A stretch of 56,247 nucleotides of DNA from a virus (lineage: Duplodnaviria > Caudoviricetes). Location: the IMG/VR virus record IMGVR_UViG_3300049433_000067, positions 1 to 56,247 of that record; one strand, given 5' to 3'. Position numbers and translations under genes: made by a program. This document shows positions 1-10,001 of this stretch, one piece after another; the first letter of the stretch is position 1, and each line of letters begins with the position of its first letter. The notes under the pieces were generated by a model. The model was not told where the DNA came from and searched no databases. It worked only from the letters and a program-made list of their open reading frames with translations.

Positions 1-1393
1 CGGGGATCAGCAGCAGCGTCGGCACGCCGGGCGCGTTGAGGTTGAGGAGCTGCGTACCCCAGTCGGTGTACGGGGACCACACGCCGGGGTAGGTGTAGGT
101 GCGGACGAGGACGTGGAACAGGCCGGCCTGCGCGACGCCGTTGGCCTGCAACGCGACCGTGGCCGACGTCGTGGCGCCGGGGACCACGGTGTCGCTGTAG
201 ATCGTGGTGAGGTCAGGCGCTCCGGCGTTGTCGGCGCACAGGACCAGCTCATAGGCCGACTGCGCACCGGACGGCGTCCACTGGTAGGTGGTTGGGTCGG
301 CGATGGCAGCAGCGCCCGCGGCCGGCGCCACGATCCCGGGCGCGGCTGGCGGGGTGCGGGGGGTGAAGAACGACGACGCTGACCAGTTGGAGACGGCGCC
401 GGTCTGGTCGTAGGTGCGGACCTGCCACTCGTAGGTGGTGCCCGCGACCAGCGGGCCCGGGAGCGTGTAGGTGCCGGCCGAGGATGCGGCGCCGGTCACG
501 ACGGTGAAGCTGTCGCCGATCGCCCGGTACTGCACGTCCGCTGAGGACTGCGAATCGGACGGATCGGGGTCGGAGAACTGCCACGACAACGTAGGCGCGA
601 CAGTGGCGTCGACGGCGCCATTCGTGGGCGGCGCTGTCGGTGTCGGGGTGTTCGGGGGGACGTTGAACGTGAACGTGATGACACCGTTCACCGCGACCAG
701 CGAGCCAGTCCCTGCCGTGGTTACACCGGAGGTGACACCACCGATGTAGGAGGAGCCACCACCCCCGCCGCCGTAGTTCGCGCCAGTGGTCGTGGTGTAG
801 CCGCCACCGCCGCCACCGTAGTAGCCGCCGCCGCCGCCACCACCACCGAAAACGGGCGACAGGTTACGGCCAGCGCCCCCCACCCCCAGCGACCCGGCGG
901 TCGCTCCGGACCCGGCCGCGCCGCCTGCGGACGGGGTGCCGCCGCCACCACCGAACCCGCCAGCGGTTTGCCCGCCAGCGGTGCCGGTGGTGCCGCCGCC
1001 CTGACCGCCGGCGACAGCTGTGCCGCCGATCCCGCCGCCGGCACCGGCCGCGACGATCTTCCGGTTCGAGAGGGCCTGCCCGCCCTGGCGGACATCTGAC
1101 GCGCCGCCGCCGCCTGAACCGCCGCGGCTGTCGCCGTGGCCGCCGGTGCCGCCGCCGTTCCAGCCGCCCGGGCCGGAGTTCGGCCCTCCTGATGACTTGC
1201 CGCACCCGCCTACGTACACCCACAGCGTCTCCCCGGGGGTGACCGCGAGCACCCCGGCCGCGTAGCCGCCTTTCGATGCGGTGCCTGCCCCTCCACCGGC
1301 GCCTTTCGCGGTGGTGCTGATCGAGGTGACCCCGGCCGGGACGGTGAACGGCTGCGCCGCGCCGGTGTAGTTGAACGCGACTGTTTGCGTCAC
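1..1393 (-). CDS. Minor tail protein with glycine-rich domain and FN3-like repeats (N-terminal part; runs off the window)
   Basis: Not in the ORF track because it has no stop in the window. GTG at 1393 overlaps the upstream TGA (GTGA). Reads MTQTVAFNYTGAAQPFTVPAGVTS...GGGGGYYGGGG...LSWQFSDPD...YEWQVRTYD...PTLLLIP, open to base 1. Confidence 0.8.
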   Translation of the reverse strand, partial: MTQTVAFNYTGAAQPFTVPAGVTSISTTAKGAGGGAGTASKGGYAAGVLAVTPGETLWVYVGGCGKSSGGPNSGPGGWNGGGTGGHGDSRGGSGGGGASDVRQGGQALSNRKIVAAGAGGGIGGTAVAGGQGGGTTGTAGGQTAGGFGGGGGTPSAGGAAGSGATAGSLGVGGAGRNLSPVFGGGGGGGGYYGGGGGGYTTTTGANYGGGGGGSSYIGGVTSGVTTAGTGSLVAVNGVITFTFNVPPNTPTPTAPPTNGAVDATVAPTLSWQFSDPDPSDSQSSADVQYRAIGDSFTVVTGAASSAGTYTLPGPLVAGTTYEWQVRTYDQTGAVSNWSASSFFTPRTPPAAPGIVAPAAGAAAIADPTTYQWTPSGAQSAYELVLCADNAGAPDLTTIYSDTVVPGATTSATVALQANGVAQAGLFHVLVRTYTYPGVWSPYTDWGTQLLNLNAPGVPTLLLIP

Positions 1394-1596
1394 TGCGTCA
1401 CCTTGCACACGATCAGCAGTTGCGCGCCGACCTGCACCACGAACACCCGGTCACCGGCGACAGCGGTGTAGCCGTCGTTGCGGATCGCGGGCGCCGGGGT
1501 GTCGTCGCCGTCGAGGATCACCTGGACGGGGGGGCCGGCCGCGTAGACGGTCGCGAACCACGCTCCGGGGGCCCGGGCGCTGGTGGGGGCACTCAC
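1390..1596 (-). CDS. Small minor tail protein
   Basis: GTGA-coupled start at 1596 (MSAPTSARAPGAWFATVY...GDRVFVVQVG); position in the tail operon. Confidence 0.65.
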   Translation of the reverse strand: MSAPTSARAPGAWFATVYAAGPPVQVILDGDDTPAPAIRNDGYTAVAGDRVFVVQVGAQLLIVCKVTQ

Positions 1597-2819
1597 GCGA
1601 CGGCCTCCCAATCCCAGATCATGTCCGTGCCGTCCAGCGGCAGGTTCCAGCCGGTGGCTTGCAGCTTGCGTTGCTTCAACTCGTCCGCGTCGGGGAGGTA
1701 CGGGTCGGTGTAGGTGGCGACGTCGTAATGCCCGGCGATCGGCAGCGGGAACGTCGGGAAGTGGATCGTCTCGGCGAGGGTGGTGTCCGAGGTGACGATC
1801 GCGTCGCCCTGGGTGACGAGGTCGGCCTGGGATGTGGCCTGCAGGTACTGCACGGACCGGATCAGGCGGCCCACCGTTTCCGCCGAGAGTTCCGCGACCG
1901 GCGACTTGTCCACCGTGTACTGCCCGCCGCCCTCGACCGGGGTGTAAGGCAGGTTGTCCTGGATGAACCTCCACCAGTTCGGCACCCCGTAGGTGTCCCT
2001 GGTCCGTCGGCGGTCGGCCGGCGAGACGATGACCTTCGACTGCCAGTCAGGATCGGTGGAGCGGGCGAGGAACGTGTCGCCGGCGACGAGCAGGAACTCC
2101 GGTGCCCGGTCGGCTGGTTTCACGTACCGGTCGGCGCGGTAGTTGCCGTTCTCATCGGCCCACAGCCCGCGATATCCGATCGACGCGAGCAGGTCGTTGA
2201 TGACGGTCAGGTAGTTGGTGATCGTCCCGGACGCCAGCGGCCAGACCATGTCGTTGACGGTGACCGCGTCGGCCTTGGTCTGGTCGGCGATCAGCACCCC
2301 GGCCCACGCGAACCCGGCGGCGGTGATGGCCTGCTGCACCGACGCGAGGACGTTCGCACCGACGGCCACAGTGTAGGTGGCGCCGATAGGGACTTGCAGG
2401 AACACCAGCGGGTCGTAGCCGGTGATCGAGTAGGTCGACCCGAAGGTGAGGGTCTGGTCGGGTGAGGTCGCGAGGTAGCAGCCCAGGTTGAACCGGGCCG
2501 TGCCCACTCTCGGGGCGGTGAGCAGCATGTACGGCCGGACCAGGTCCACCCCCCACGCCAGGGCCTGATCCAGCTGCAGCGTGCAGGTGCCGTGCACCGT
2601 GGCGGCGTTGTTGCGCTGCACGCTCGACCCGGGCCGGCGGAACACGTCGCTGAGGTCGTCGAGCACGACAGGCTGCCCGGTGGCGGCTTGCTGCGTCCCG
2701 CCGTCTGCGGCGAGCAGATCGAGCCCGGCGTCGACCTGCACCGACGGTTCCGTCGCGAGCAGCGCCATGATCTGCGCCGCGGTGAACCCGTCCCGGGGCG
2801 GCGCCGTCAACAGCTGCAT
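1593..2819 (-). CDS. Minor tail / baseplate hub-like protein
   Basis: 408 aa, second gene after the tape measure, translationally coupled. Confidence 0.7.
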   Translation of the reverse strand: MQLLTAPPRDGFTAAQIMALLATEPSVQVDAGLDLLAADGGTQQAATGQPVVLDDLSDVFRRPGSSVQRNNAATVHGTCTLQLDQALAWGVDLVRPYMLLTAPRVGTARFNLGCYLATSPDQTLTFGSTYSITGYDPLVFLQVPIGATYTVAVGANVLASVQQAITAAGFAWAGVLIADQTKADAVTVNDMVWPLASGTITNYLTVINDLLASIGYRGLWADENGNYRADRYVKPADRAPEFLLVAGDTFLARSTDPDWQSKVIVSPADRRRTRDTYGVPNWWRFIQDNLPYTPVEGGGQYTVDKSPVAELSAETVGRLIRSVQYLQATSQADLVTQGDAIVTSDTTLAETIHFPTFPLPIAGHYDVATYTDPYLPDADELKQRKLQATGWNLPLDGTDMIWDWEAVA

Positions 2820-3229
2820 CAGACGGCCTCGAGAAAGGTGGTTTCCTGCCAGGCGAGGGTGACGTCAGCGAGCGGCGGGTCGGTGATGCCGGTCAACCAC
2901 GATTCGGTCATCGACAGGTACATCCCGAACTGGCGTTGCCCGGTCCCGTCCCGCAACAGCAGCACGGTTCCTTTCCATCCGCGGAGTTGCCGGACCTGCG
3001 CATCGGTGCACACCCCCAGCGGCACGGAGGATGTGCGGGCGACCGCGGGGCCGGTGACTCCCCGGAACCGGCCGGCGGCGTACGCGCGGACTTCGCCTTC
3101 CATCTGCTCGGACAGATTCAGGGGGGTGAACTGCCCGGTATACGTCCCCACCCCGGCCACCACCTGCACGGACGGATTCGCTGGGTCGATCAGCCAAGCC
3201 CAGTCGAACTGCACCGTGGCCGTGTACAT
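2819..3229 (-). CDS. Minor (distal) tail protein
   Basis: Directly follows the tape measure with TGATG overlap. Confidence 0.6.
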   Translation of the reverse strand: MYTATVQFDWAWLIDPANPSVQVVAGVGTYTGQFTPLNLSEQMEGEVRAYAAGRFRGVTGPAVARTSSVPLGVCTDAQVRQLRGWKGTVLLLRDGTGQRQFGMYLSMTESWLTGITDPPLADVTLAWQETTFLEAV

Positions 3230-6200
3230 CAGTGGGCTCGCCTTGCTGCGAGAGCAAGCGCGGCCTGCTTCTTCACAGCCTTGTCCAGGGCAACGTCCAG
3301 GGCATGCCCCACCCGGGTGGAGATCACGTCACCGAGGTGGTCGATCTGCTTGGTGAGCTGATGCGACTGCGCGGTCAGGGCGTTGACCTGCCTCGTCCAC
3401 GCTGTGATAGCCGGGCCGAACTCGGCCCCCGCGACGGTCTTCCCCGCCGCGCCTGCGAACGTACCGGTCTGCTTGAACAGGGCGTTGATCTGCGCGATCT
3501 GCGCCTTGCTCGCACCGGCGAGGACCGACGCGTTGACACCCCCACCGGACACCCCGGCTTCACCCAGTTGGGCGAGCAGTTTCGGGTCCAGCCCGACCGA
3601 CTTCAGCGCACCGAGGTTCCCGGCGAATTTCCCCGCAGCGTCCTTGTTCTGGGTCAGGTTCGCCAAGATGCCAGCGATCGACCCGTTCCCGGCGCTGGCG
3701 ACGTTGAACTCACCCAACACCCGGTCAGAGACGGTCGACTGTTCCTGCGCGGACTGCTGCTGCAGGCCCGACAACGTCCCCCGAGCGGACGTCAGCCGCG
3801 TATTCACGGCGTCGCGGCGATTCGCTAAACCAGCCAGCCTCGACTCGAGCCCACCCAACCCGGCCACGCCCGTGCCGGCGGATTTCAGATCCGCGTTGAA
3901 CGTCCGCGCGGCGGCGAGAATCCCCGCCGACCCACCCTTCATCGCCTTCTCGAACCGGGTCAGGTCCGTGCGGTCGAACCGGATCACCAGCGCCTTATCC
4001 GCCTTCGCGGTGCTGGTCGCAGCCCGCAACTGGGCGGCGATCGCGGACTGCTGCGCCCGGACCTGCGCATTGTGGTAGGCGACATCCGTCGTGTACTGGA
4101 TACCGCCGACGGTGCCGCCCGCGAAGCCCGGCATCTGCCCGAACTGCGCACCAGGCGCAATCTCCTTCGACTGCGCGTTGGAGAAGATCTGCACATCCGA
4201 GCCCTGCTTGTGGCCGAGCTCCCACGTGTTCGGGTTGCCTTCACCGACGGTGAACCAGCCGTCGTCGACCCCACCCGCGCCGCTGCCTTTGGCGTAGCGT
4301 CCACCGCCGGCAACCCCGATCTGCCCGGACGCGTTCACCGACACGCCCACACTCCTAGGGAGGCTGGCGAGCGCGTCCCGGATCCGATGGATCACCCCTG
4401 ACGCGTTGTCCTGGGCATTGATCCGAGCCAACCACGCCGGGTCGGCGATGCCATGCAGCCACGTTTCCATCCGCTTCAGGATGGTGATGACAGGGTCGGC
4501 GCCTTCCTGCTGGATCTTCGTCTTCACGTCCGCCGGAACACCGAGATATTCCCTCGCGAGTTTCTGCGCCGCGGTCGAGTTCAACCCCAACTTCGTCAAC
4601 TGGTCAACCAGTTGCGGGCCGGTGCGAGCCACATATTGGTTGTAGGCGTCAGCACCCGCTACGGTGCCGCCCTTGGTGGCGACCTCATGCTGGTAGGTGG
4701 CCTGCGCGGCAGCGATCTGCGCGTCCTGAATGGACTGCAAACCTGTGATGAGAGGGGCGGCAGCGGCGTTGTTGTAGTCGATCACCCCGGTTTTCAGGTT
4801 CACGATCGAGTTCAGGTACGCCTGGGTCGACTCGCCGCCCTTCCCAGCCTGGGATGCGGCGGTTTTGATGTTGTCGACGAACGTTTTCTGCGCAACCGCA
4901 GCGCTGCTGAGGGTGCCGGCGTAGCCGAGCGCGTCACCACTGGCAGCGCGGAGCGTGGCGCCTATCAACGCCGCCCGGTCCGCAGCAGTGCCAGCCGATT
5001 GGGAGAACGCCTGCAGCGCACCGAGGAACGCGTTCCCCGACTGGTCAGCGTTGTTGTAGGCGTTCGCGATGAGTTGCACAGCGTGGCTGTAACTCGCGGC
5101 AGAGACGGTGCCGGCCTGCACTTTCTCCTGCGTGACACCGAGGACGTCGGCGTAGGACTGCACCTGCGCCGCGGTGATCCCGTACCGCTTCGCGAGCCCG
5201 TCCTGGGTGCCCATCAGTTCGAAGTTGGTGGCGATCTCCAACTTCTTCAGATCGTCGGCGGCCTTGTCCTTATCCTTCGCCTTCGTCAGCGCGTCGCTGG
5301 CGTTCAGGTACTCATACGCAGTCAGATGCGCTGTCTTAGCTGCCTTCGCCTGCGCGTCGGACAACCCCAGCTGGGTTGCGGTGGCGCCCTTCGCGGCGGC
5401 CTGCTGCTTCGTGAACTCCTGCCGCAGCAACGTCATCGCGAGCAGCGTGTCCCCGGACGGCTTACCCGACTTCTTCCACGTGTCGATCAGGGCGTTGTAC
5501 TGCTCGTCGGTGCCGGTGATCGCGGTCGTCAACTGGTCCTGGGTGATACCAGCCTTCGCGGCCTTCCCGACCAGCTTGTCCTGCTCCAACTGGTAGGACA
5601 CCGTCGACTTCACACCGTCGTTGATCACACCGTTGGATCGGGTCAGGGCGTTGAAGAACGTCGACTGCGCGTTACTGGCGTTGTCGAGGGCCTTCGCCGC
5701 CGCGTTGTTGCGTTCGAGGTAGTTCGAGATCGCGGTGCCGACGGCGTAGATCGCGACGCCCGCAGCGGCAGCCGTACCAGCGAACCGGGCGACACCCGCC
5801 GCTGACGCAGCGAACCTCCCCAACCCGGTGGAGGCTGCGGCACCTTCTGCGCCGACCTTCCCGAGCGACACCGCGAACTTATCGAACGGCGCCGACACAA
5901 GCTTCGCCGCGTTGATAGCGACGATCGTTGTCGCGATCGCCTCCAACACCGGCACCGGGATCGCGTTTATCGCCTTCGCGAGCCCATCCACAATGTGCAG
6001 CACAGTGCCGCCGACCGGCGCGAACGCCGCCACGACATGACCGACCGCCGCAGCGATGTCCTCCAGCGCCGGCAACGCCTGATCCAGGGACCGGCCGAGC
6101 GCGTCAGCGAACTTCGCGCCACCCGGACCGGATGACCATTCCGCGAACTTCGACGACAGGACCGCGACGTCCTCACCGGCGTGCTTGATCAGCGGGGAGA

Positions 6201-7083
6201 AGGTGCGGAACCCGTTGACGAGCCCGGTGACGGTGTTCGCGCCGATCTGGCCGAGTTGGGAGCCGAGGACACCGACGTCTTTGCTCAACGCGGGGATCGC
6301 GGCATGCAGGGTGACCACTGCGGCCTGGAACCCCGGCAAGGTAGCTTTCGCCGCGACCGACGACAGGCCACCGAACTCGCTCTTCAGTTGGTTGATGCCA
6401 AGCTTGTACTGCAGGCCGGTGGCTGTGCCGGCTTTCATCTCCCGCTGGATGCCCTTGAACGCGAGCACACCTGTGCCGCCGAGCCCCACCACCCCAGCGC
6501 CTAGGCCGAGGACCGCGCCCGTGATCGGGATCAGCGCAGGGCCTAGCGCGAGGATCGAGGTCTGGAGCGGCTTGAACTCCTTTTGCGACTTCTTCACCTC
6601 GTCGGGGATCAACCCGAGCTCACCCTGCAGCGCAGCGATCTCCGCGAGAGCTGCCTTAGCGTCGACCTTCACCCGGATATCAGGAGATTCCCGCGCCAGG
6701 ACGTCGAGTTTCCCCTTCAGATGGTCGATCGCAGCCAACGCGGCCTTGTCGGTGACGTGGACACCGAACGTCTTACCGACCGTCTCCAGCTGCCGGCGGA
6801 TCTGATCGATGCTGCGCTGCGCCGACGTCGAATCGGCGGTGATCTTCGCTGCCGGGATGTTCCTCAACGCCGCCGACAGCCGTCCGGATACTTCCCGCCC
6901 GAACCGGTCCCCGGCGGCCCGCATCCCGGGCGACGTCCGAGTTTCGAAGTCCTTCGCGAACCCGTCATCCGGCCGGATCTTCACCTTCAGATCCCCGAGG
7001 GACTTCAACTGCGCGCGGAGCTTCTCAGGGAACCCGCGAGCGTCCGGAACAACCTCAACCGATACGGAGCCGACTGTCGCCAT
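3229..7083 (-). CDS. Tape measure protein
   Basis: 1284 aa, Ala/Gly-rich helical; N-terminus MATVGSVSVEVVPDARGF; YAKG...FTVGEG..ELG motif; follows the tail chaperones. Confidence 0.93.
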   Translation of the reverse strand: MATVGSVSVEVVPDARGFPEKLRAQLKSLGDLKVKIRPDDGFAKDFETRTSPGMRAAGDRFGREVSGRLSAALRNIPAAKITADSTSAQRSIDQIRRQLETVGKTFGVHVTDKAALAAIDHLKGKLDVLARESPDIRVKVDAKAALAEIAALQGELGLIPDEVKKSQKEFKPLQTSILALGPALIPITGAVLGLGAGVVGLGGTGVLAFKGIQREMKAGTATGLQYKLGINQLKSEFGGLSSVAAKATLPGFQAAVVTLHAAIPALSKDVGVLGSQLGQIGANTVTGLVNGFRTFSPLIKHAGEDVAVLSSKFAEWSSGPGGAKFADALGRSLDQALPALEDIAAAVGHVVAAFAPVGGTVLHIVDGLAKAINAIPVPVLEAIATTIVAINAAKLVSAPFDKFAVSLGKVGAEGAAASTGLGRFAASAAGVARFAGTAAAAGVAIYAVGTAISNYLERNNAAAKALDNASNAQSTFFNALTRSNGVINDGVKSTVSYQLEQDKLVGKAAKAGITQDQLTTAITGTDEQYNALIDTWKKSGKPSGDTLLAMTLLRQEFTKQQAAAKGATATQLGLSDAQAKAAKTAHLTAYEYLNASDALTKAKDKDKAADDLKKLEIATNFELMGTQDGLAKRYGITAAQVQSYADVLGVTQEKVQAGTVSAASYSHAVQLIANAYNNADQSGNAFLGALQAFSQSAGTAADRAALIGATLRAASGDALGYAGTLSSAAVAQKTFVDNIKTAASQAGKGGESTQAYLNSIVNLKTGVIDYNNAAAAPLITGLQSIQDAQIAAAQATYQHEVATKGGTVAGADAYNQYVARTGPQLVDQLTKLGLNSTAAQKLAREYLGVPADVKTKIQQEGADPVITILKRMETWLHGIADPAWLARINAQDNASGVIHRIRDALASLPRSVGVSVNASGQIGVAGGGRYAKGSGAGGVDDGWFTVGEGNPNTWELGHKQGSDVQIFSNAQSKEIAPGAQFGQMPGFAGGTVGGIQYTTDVAYHNAQVRAQQSAIAAQLRAATSTAKADKALVIRFDRTDLTRFEKAMKGGSAGILAAARTFNADLKSAGTGVAGLGGLESRLAGLANRRDAVNTRLTSARGTLSGLQQQSAQEQSTVSDRVLGEFNVASAGNGSIAGILANLTQNKDAAGKFAGNLGALKSVGLDPKLLAQLGEAGVSGGGVNASVLAGASKAQIAQINALFKQTGTFAGAAGKTVAGAEFGPAITAWTRQVNALTAQSHQLTKQIDHLGDVISTRVGHALDVALDKAVKKQAALALAARRAH

Positions 7084-7084
7084 G

Positions 7085-7459
7085 TCAGCCTCCGTCCTGG
7101 TGTCGTTGAAGTCGGGCTTTCATGGCGCGGGCGCGGGCACCCATCTTGTTGTCGAGTTCCTTACGGCGCCGGTCATCCCCCGGCCGGGGGTGGGCCGGTG
7201 GGCGGGGTGCGTCTTTATCGCCGGAGCGTTGCCAGTTCGCCGAGGCGAGGATGTCGGCGATGTCGGCGAGAATGTCCCGCTCACTTTCGTGGGGGCCGCC
7301 GACAGCGGCCCGCCACGTCGCGGACGTGGTGTCCTCACGGAGCCCATCCACCCGCACCGACAGCGCCCGCAACGTCATGTCGCCGCGCCAGAAGTCGAGG
7401 AGATCCCAGCCGCGGCACGCGAAGTCGAACTCCACCTGACGGTGATGTTCGGCGATCAC
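7085..7459 (-). CDS. Tail assembly chaperone, post-frameshift (gpT-like) portion
   Basis: In the -1 frame of the upstream chaperone, open from the slippery site at 7483-7477. Confidence 0.8.
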   Translation of the reverse strand: MIAEHHRQVEFDFACRGWDLLDFWRGDMTLRALSVRVDGLREDTTSATWRAAVGGPHESERDILADIADILASANWQRSGDKDAPRPPAHPRPGDDRRRKELDNKMGARARAMKARLQRHQDGG

Positions 7460-7464
7460 CGCGA

Positions 7465-7914
7465 CTAGGATGGGGAGTTTGGGGCCCCCACCGCCTCCCC
7501 ATACGCGCTGAGGAACCCCATCAGCAGGTCGTCGAGGTCGTCCTCAGCGTGACGTTGGATGAACCACTTGAACTCCTCCGTGCCGAGGAGCCCTTGCACG
7601 ATGAGGCCGGCGTCGTTGACCTGCCACCCGGCCCTTACTGCGGCGCGGCGGATGTTGCTGCGGTCGATGTTGAACCGTTCCGTCTTGTACACGAACCGGA
7701 GGGTCTTGTCGTCGCTTTCGGTGGCCTCGTCGGCGGCCTGCGTGGCGTCGTTCTTCGGTTCGTCGACCGGCTCGTCTGTGGTCGCTTCGGCCACTACCGG
7801 TGGCTTCTCTTCGACGGCTTCGGCCACCTCGGGGATCGGCTCGTCCACCGGGGGGAGTTCGACGTCCACAACAGGCGGTTCAGCCTTCGGGACGGTTTTC
7901 TTCGGTGCGGGCAT
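7465..7914 (-). CDS. Tail assembly chaperone (gpG-like)
   Basis: Between major tail and tape measure; ends with a C CCA AAC slippery heptamer. Confidence 0.8.
   Translation of the reverse strand: MPAPKKTVPKAEPPVVDVELPPVDEPIPEVAEAVEEKPPVVAEATTDEPVDEPKNDATQAADEATESDDKTLRFVYKTERFNIDRSNIRRAAVRAGWQVNDAGLIVQGLLGTEEFKWFIQRHAEDDLDDLLMGFLSAYGEAVGAPNSPS
7477..7483 (-). promoter_or_regulatory. Programmed -1 ribosomal frameshift site C CCA AAC
   Basis: X XXY YYZ heptamer in frame; a -1 shift gives PKLPILVAVIAEHH, continuous with ORF 7085..7459. Confidence 0.8.
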
Positions 7915-7952
7915 GCGCAGCTACCTCTTCCTGGTGCGCAGAAGGGATGAGA

Positions 7953-7992
7953 GGTGGGGGCCGGGGGTCTGCGCGTCCGACCGGCCCCCACC
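7953..7992 (-). terminator. Stem-loop downstream of the major tail gene
   Basis: 12-bp perfect inverted repeat ggtgggggccgg / ccggcccccacc; no U-tract. Confidence 0.55.
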
Positions 7993-7995
7993 CGT

Positions 7996-8874
7996 TTAGG
8001 TGAACAGCCCCGAACCGACCACTGGGTTGTTGGTGAGCTCGGTGAAGAAGTTCCCGGACGAGTCGACGAAGACGTTGAGGTTGAACTGGTAGACGGTGAG
8101 GGCGTCGGCCTTGTAGACGATGTCGCCGGCTGAGGTGACTTCCGCCGACTGGGCCAGGAACCGTCGCGAGACTGACCCGTCGACGAGGTCGATACCGAAC
8201 TGGCGCAGGTTCCTGGACACGAACGGCTTCACCGGCCACGACGTGGTGCCGTTCACGCCGGGGGTGGTGTTCACGACCGCCACCGTGGGGGTGGTGCCAC
8301 CGGTCAGCCCGGACGCAGCGCTCATGGCCGGGACGTTGCCGAGCGTCGACGGGAACGTGACCACGTAGGAGGTGCCGGCGGTGCCGGTGACGGTGACCGT
8401 GCCGCCGACGATGGCCGACAACGCCGCGGCCAGGGTGGCAGTAGGCACGTTGTAGGTGGCGGTGTAGGACGCGGCGCCGTAACCGATGTTGTTGAGCGTG
8501 AACGTGCCACCGGTCGGGGAGCCCGTGATGGTGATGGTCTGCACGTCGGCGGTCGCGCCGGTCGTCGTCTGCGTCGTCCCTGGCCGGAACAGCCCCAGCA
8601 CGGCGGCGGTCTCCTCCAGGCAGTTGAACTTGAACGAATGCTCAGCCTGGCTGCGCAGCACCCGCAGCAGCGAGGCGCCCTGCCAGCCGTACACCTTCGT
8701 CTCCTGGTAGGTCTGCGACTCGGTCACACCGCCGTCGTCGACCCACCCCAGCTCCGACCAGCCAGCCGGGTATACGGCGGTCGGGGTGGCGGGGCTCGCG
8801 GTGCCCAGCGGTGAGGTCCAGATGGCCTGGGTGATGTCGCCGTAGGCGTGGACGTTGTTGACGTTCTTGGTCAT
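7996..8874 (-). CDS. Major tail (tube) protein
   Basis: 292 aa; WSELGWVDDGGVTE and YGWQG motifs typical of actinophage tail tubes, with an inserted Thr/Gly-rich Ig-like segment; synteny. Confidence 0.88.
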   Translation of the reverse strand: MTKNVNNVHAYGDITQAIWTSPLGTASPATPTAVYPAGWSELGWVDDGGVTESQTYQETKVYGWQGASLLRVLRSQAEHSFKFNCLEETAAVLGLFRPGTTQTTTGATADVQTITITGSPTGGTFTLNNIGYGAASYTATYNVPTATLAAALSAIVGGTVTVTGTAGTSYVVTFPSTLGNVPAMSAASGLTGGTTPTVAVVNTTPGVNGTTSWPVKPFVSRNLRQFGIDLVDGSVSRRFLAQSAEVTSAGDIVYKADALTVYQFNLNVFVDSSGNFFTELTNNPVVGSGLFT

Positions 8875-8965
8875 GTCTGCGCTCCCAAGGATGGGTTTGG
8901 GGTTGGGTGTTGACCCGTACGAGGTGGGCGCAGACCACCAGGACGGGCAGGGTGTTGTTGGGGTG

Positions 8966-9346
8966 TTAGAGGGGTTTCACATGCAAGGTGTAGGAAGCGT
9001 TGAAACGGCGCACGCTTGGGTTGTCGTAGGGCGTCCAGATCGGGCCGGTGGTGCATTCGACCTTGCTGATGTACAGGCCGCCTGTCCTCGCCCCGGACAG
9101 CTTGTACAGCCACGCATCCCGCACCTGTTCAGCCAGGATGCGGGAGTCGTCACGGGACAGTTGGAACGTGTCGACCGACATGCGGACCTGGTCGAGGATG
9201 AGCCGGTTCCCGCCGCCGACCCGCCACACCTTGATCAACGGCAGGTTCCCCGACACATCGAAATCAGCCGGGGTCTCCGTCACCACCCGCGCAGCGGGGA
9301 AGTAGTCGTCGGTCCACTGCCGGGTGACCTTCTCCACCGAGATCAT
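8966..9346 (-). CDS. Tail terminator
   Basis: LPLIKVWRVGG motif; directly upstream of the major tail gene. Confidence 0.75.
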   Translation of the reverse strand: MISVEKVTRQWTDDYFPAARVVTETPADFDVSGNLPLIKVWRVGGGNRLILDQVRMSVDTFQLSRDDSRILAEQVRDAWLYKLSGARTGGLYISKVECTTGPIWTPYDNPSVRRFNASYTLHVKPL

Positions 9347-9348
9347 GT

Positions 9349-9672
9349 CTAGCCGGCCGCGTCGAGTGCTCGCCGCAGCACGGCCTGCTCAGCCATTTCG
9401 CTGGTACCGAACTCGACCCACACCGCGACCCGGTTATCGTTCGTGACCCGGGCCCAGGCACGGTCGTGATGGATGCCGCCTTCGGTCCCGGATTCCACTT
9501 CGAAGTCGTCGATGTAATGGCCGTATGTGTCGTCTGTGGATACGTGCTCGGCAGCGATCCCGATCGCAGCCTCTTTGACGCGTTCCGCTCGAGCGTGCAT
9601 CTCGGCGACCATCCACGGCGCGTTGAGCATTTCCCGACCGCCGGCGTAGTTCCATCTGAACGTGTTGCTCAT
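9349..9672 (-). CDS. Head-tail component (HK97 gp10-like)
   Basis: ATGA-coupled start 9672 (MSNTFRW...); AVWVEFGTSEMAEQAVLRRAL motif. Confidence 0.75.
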   Translation of the reverse strand: MSNTFRWNYAGGREMLNAPWMVAEMHARAERVKEAAIGIAAEHVSTDDTYGHYIDDFEVESGTEGGIHHDRAWARVTNDNRVAVWVEFGTSEMAEQAVLRRALDAAG

Positions 9673-10001
9673 CCTGTGACTCTCTTCAGGGGCACCACGA
9701 CGCCGGCCGTCCAGCCGGTGAAAGGCGAATTCCACACGTTCGCGACCCCGTCGACCTCATATCGCATCCCCCGGACCATCACGGCGTCGACGGACCCGAC
9801 GACAGTGCCGGCGGGGAGGAGCACCTGCGGCTGCGTCGAGACTTGATCCATGCCGCCGATGCGTTCGAACCCGATCGCCGGGTCGAACGCACCGGTTACG
9901 ACGGTCGGCACGTCGTGGTAGACGTCGTTGCCGTCCACGTCCGGCGTCGGGTCAAGCACACGGCGCAGCAGCGTGACCGGCTCCCCATACAGGAAGCTCA
10001 T
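9669..10001 (-). CDS. Head-to-tail stopper
   Basis: D.DGND, VRGMRYEVDG, W.SPFTG motifs; synteny. Confidence 0.8.
   Translation of the reverse strand: MSFLYGEPVTLLRRVLDPTPDVDGNDVYHDVPTVVTGAFDPAIGFERIGGMDQVSTQPQVLLPAGTVVGSVDAVMVRGMRYEVDGVANVWNSPFTGWTAGVVVPLKRVTG

Noticed and set aside
740-1180. ccg/cca-rich low-complexity tract
   Set aside because: Encodes the glycine-rich domain of the tail protein; not a non-coding repeat
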